The position numbers and the translations under genes are program-made. DNA of 64,000 nucleotides, taken from positions 4,965,925 through 5,029,924 of the forward strand of contig OZ316896.1 of NCBI GenBank assembly GCA_973895155.1, read 5' to 3'. Positions 63,879 through 64,000 of the stretch are shown here, one piece after another. Origin of the DNA: Marsupella aquatica (taxonomy: Eukaryota; Plantae; Marchantiophyta). Each line of letters starts with the position of its first letter. Position 1 is the stretch's first letter. The notes under the pieces were generated by a model. That model was not told the DNA's origin and did no database searches. It saw only the letters and a program-made list of their open reading frames with translations.

Positions 63879-63996
63879 AGAGCATCTCGAATGGTTACTG
63901 GGTTGACTCAATAATATTATGTTGACCAAACTCAGTAAGGTGGAACAACCCCAATGGGTTACCCCATTAGAACATCTCCAAAGGTTACTGGGTTGG
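63879..63996 (+). repeat. Two direct copies of a Tourist/Harbinger-like terminal motif
   Basis: agagcatctcgaatggttactgggttg (63879) and agaacatctccaaaggttactgggttgg (63969), preceded by CTA/TTA. GAGCATCTCCAA is a common Tourist TIR start. Truncated by the window end. Confidence 0.4.
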
Positions 63997-64000
63997 CTTA

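Overview
Eukaryotic nuclear DNA from a land plant. A bryophyte-type host is inferred from the transposon families, not proven. There are two apparently intact intron-containing genes, both on the minus strand: a very long (about 2357 aa) REF6/ELF6-clade JmjN-JmjC-C2H2 histone demethylase (9500-19011) and Mediator subunit 8 with a Q-rich tail (41296-46980). Most of the rest is transposon-derived. It includes a decayed Mutator-like transposase (about 5.5-8.3 kb) and a full-length but mutated Bianca-type Ty1/copia element (24150-30805) with 133-bp LTRs, an ATTTT TSD and a half-tRNA-Ile PBS. There are also two opposite-orientation copies of a 300-bp MITE with 8-bp TSDs, an internally deleted copia element with a solo LTR of the same family, a probable truncated LINE, and a decayed PIF/Harbinger element interrupted by a 2-kb solo LTR. 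Unexplained structures are two ~90-bp near-perfect hairpins, a ~215-bp inverted repeat inside the deleted copia, a 2-kb insert between 250-bp direct repeats, a minisatellite next to the MED8 start, and a possible extra ORF and RT insertion in the Bianca element. I found no convincing wholly new system; these are the best leads. Exon models were built by eye from splice signals and reading phase.
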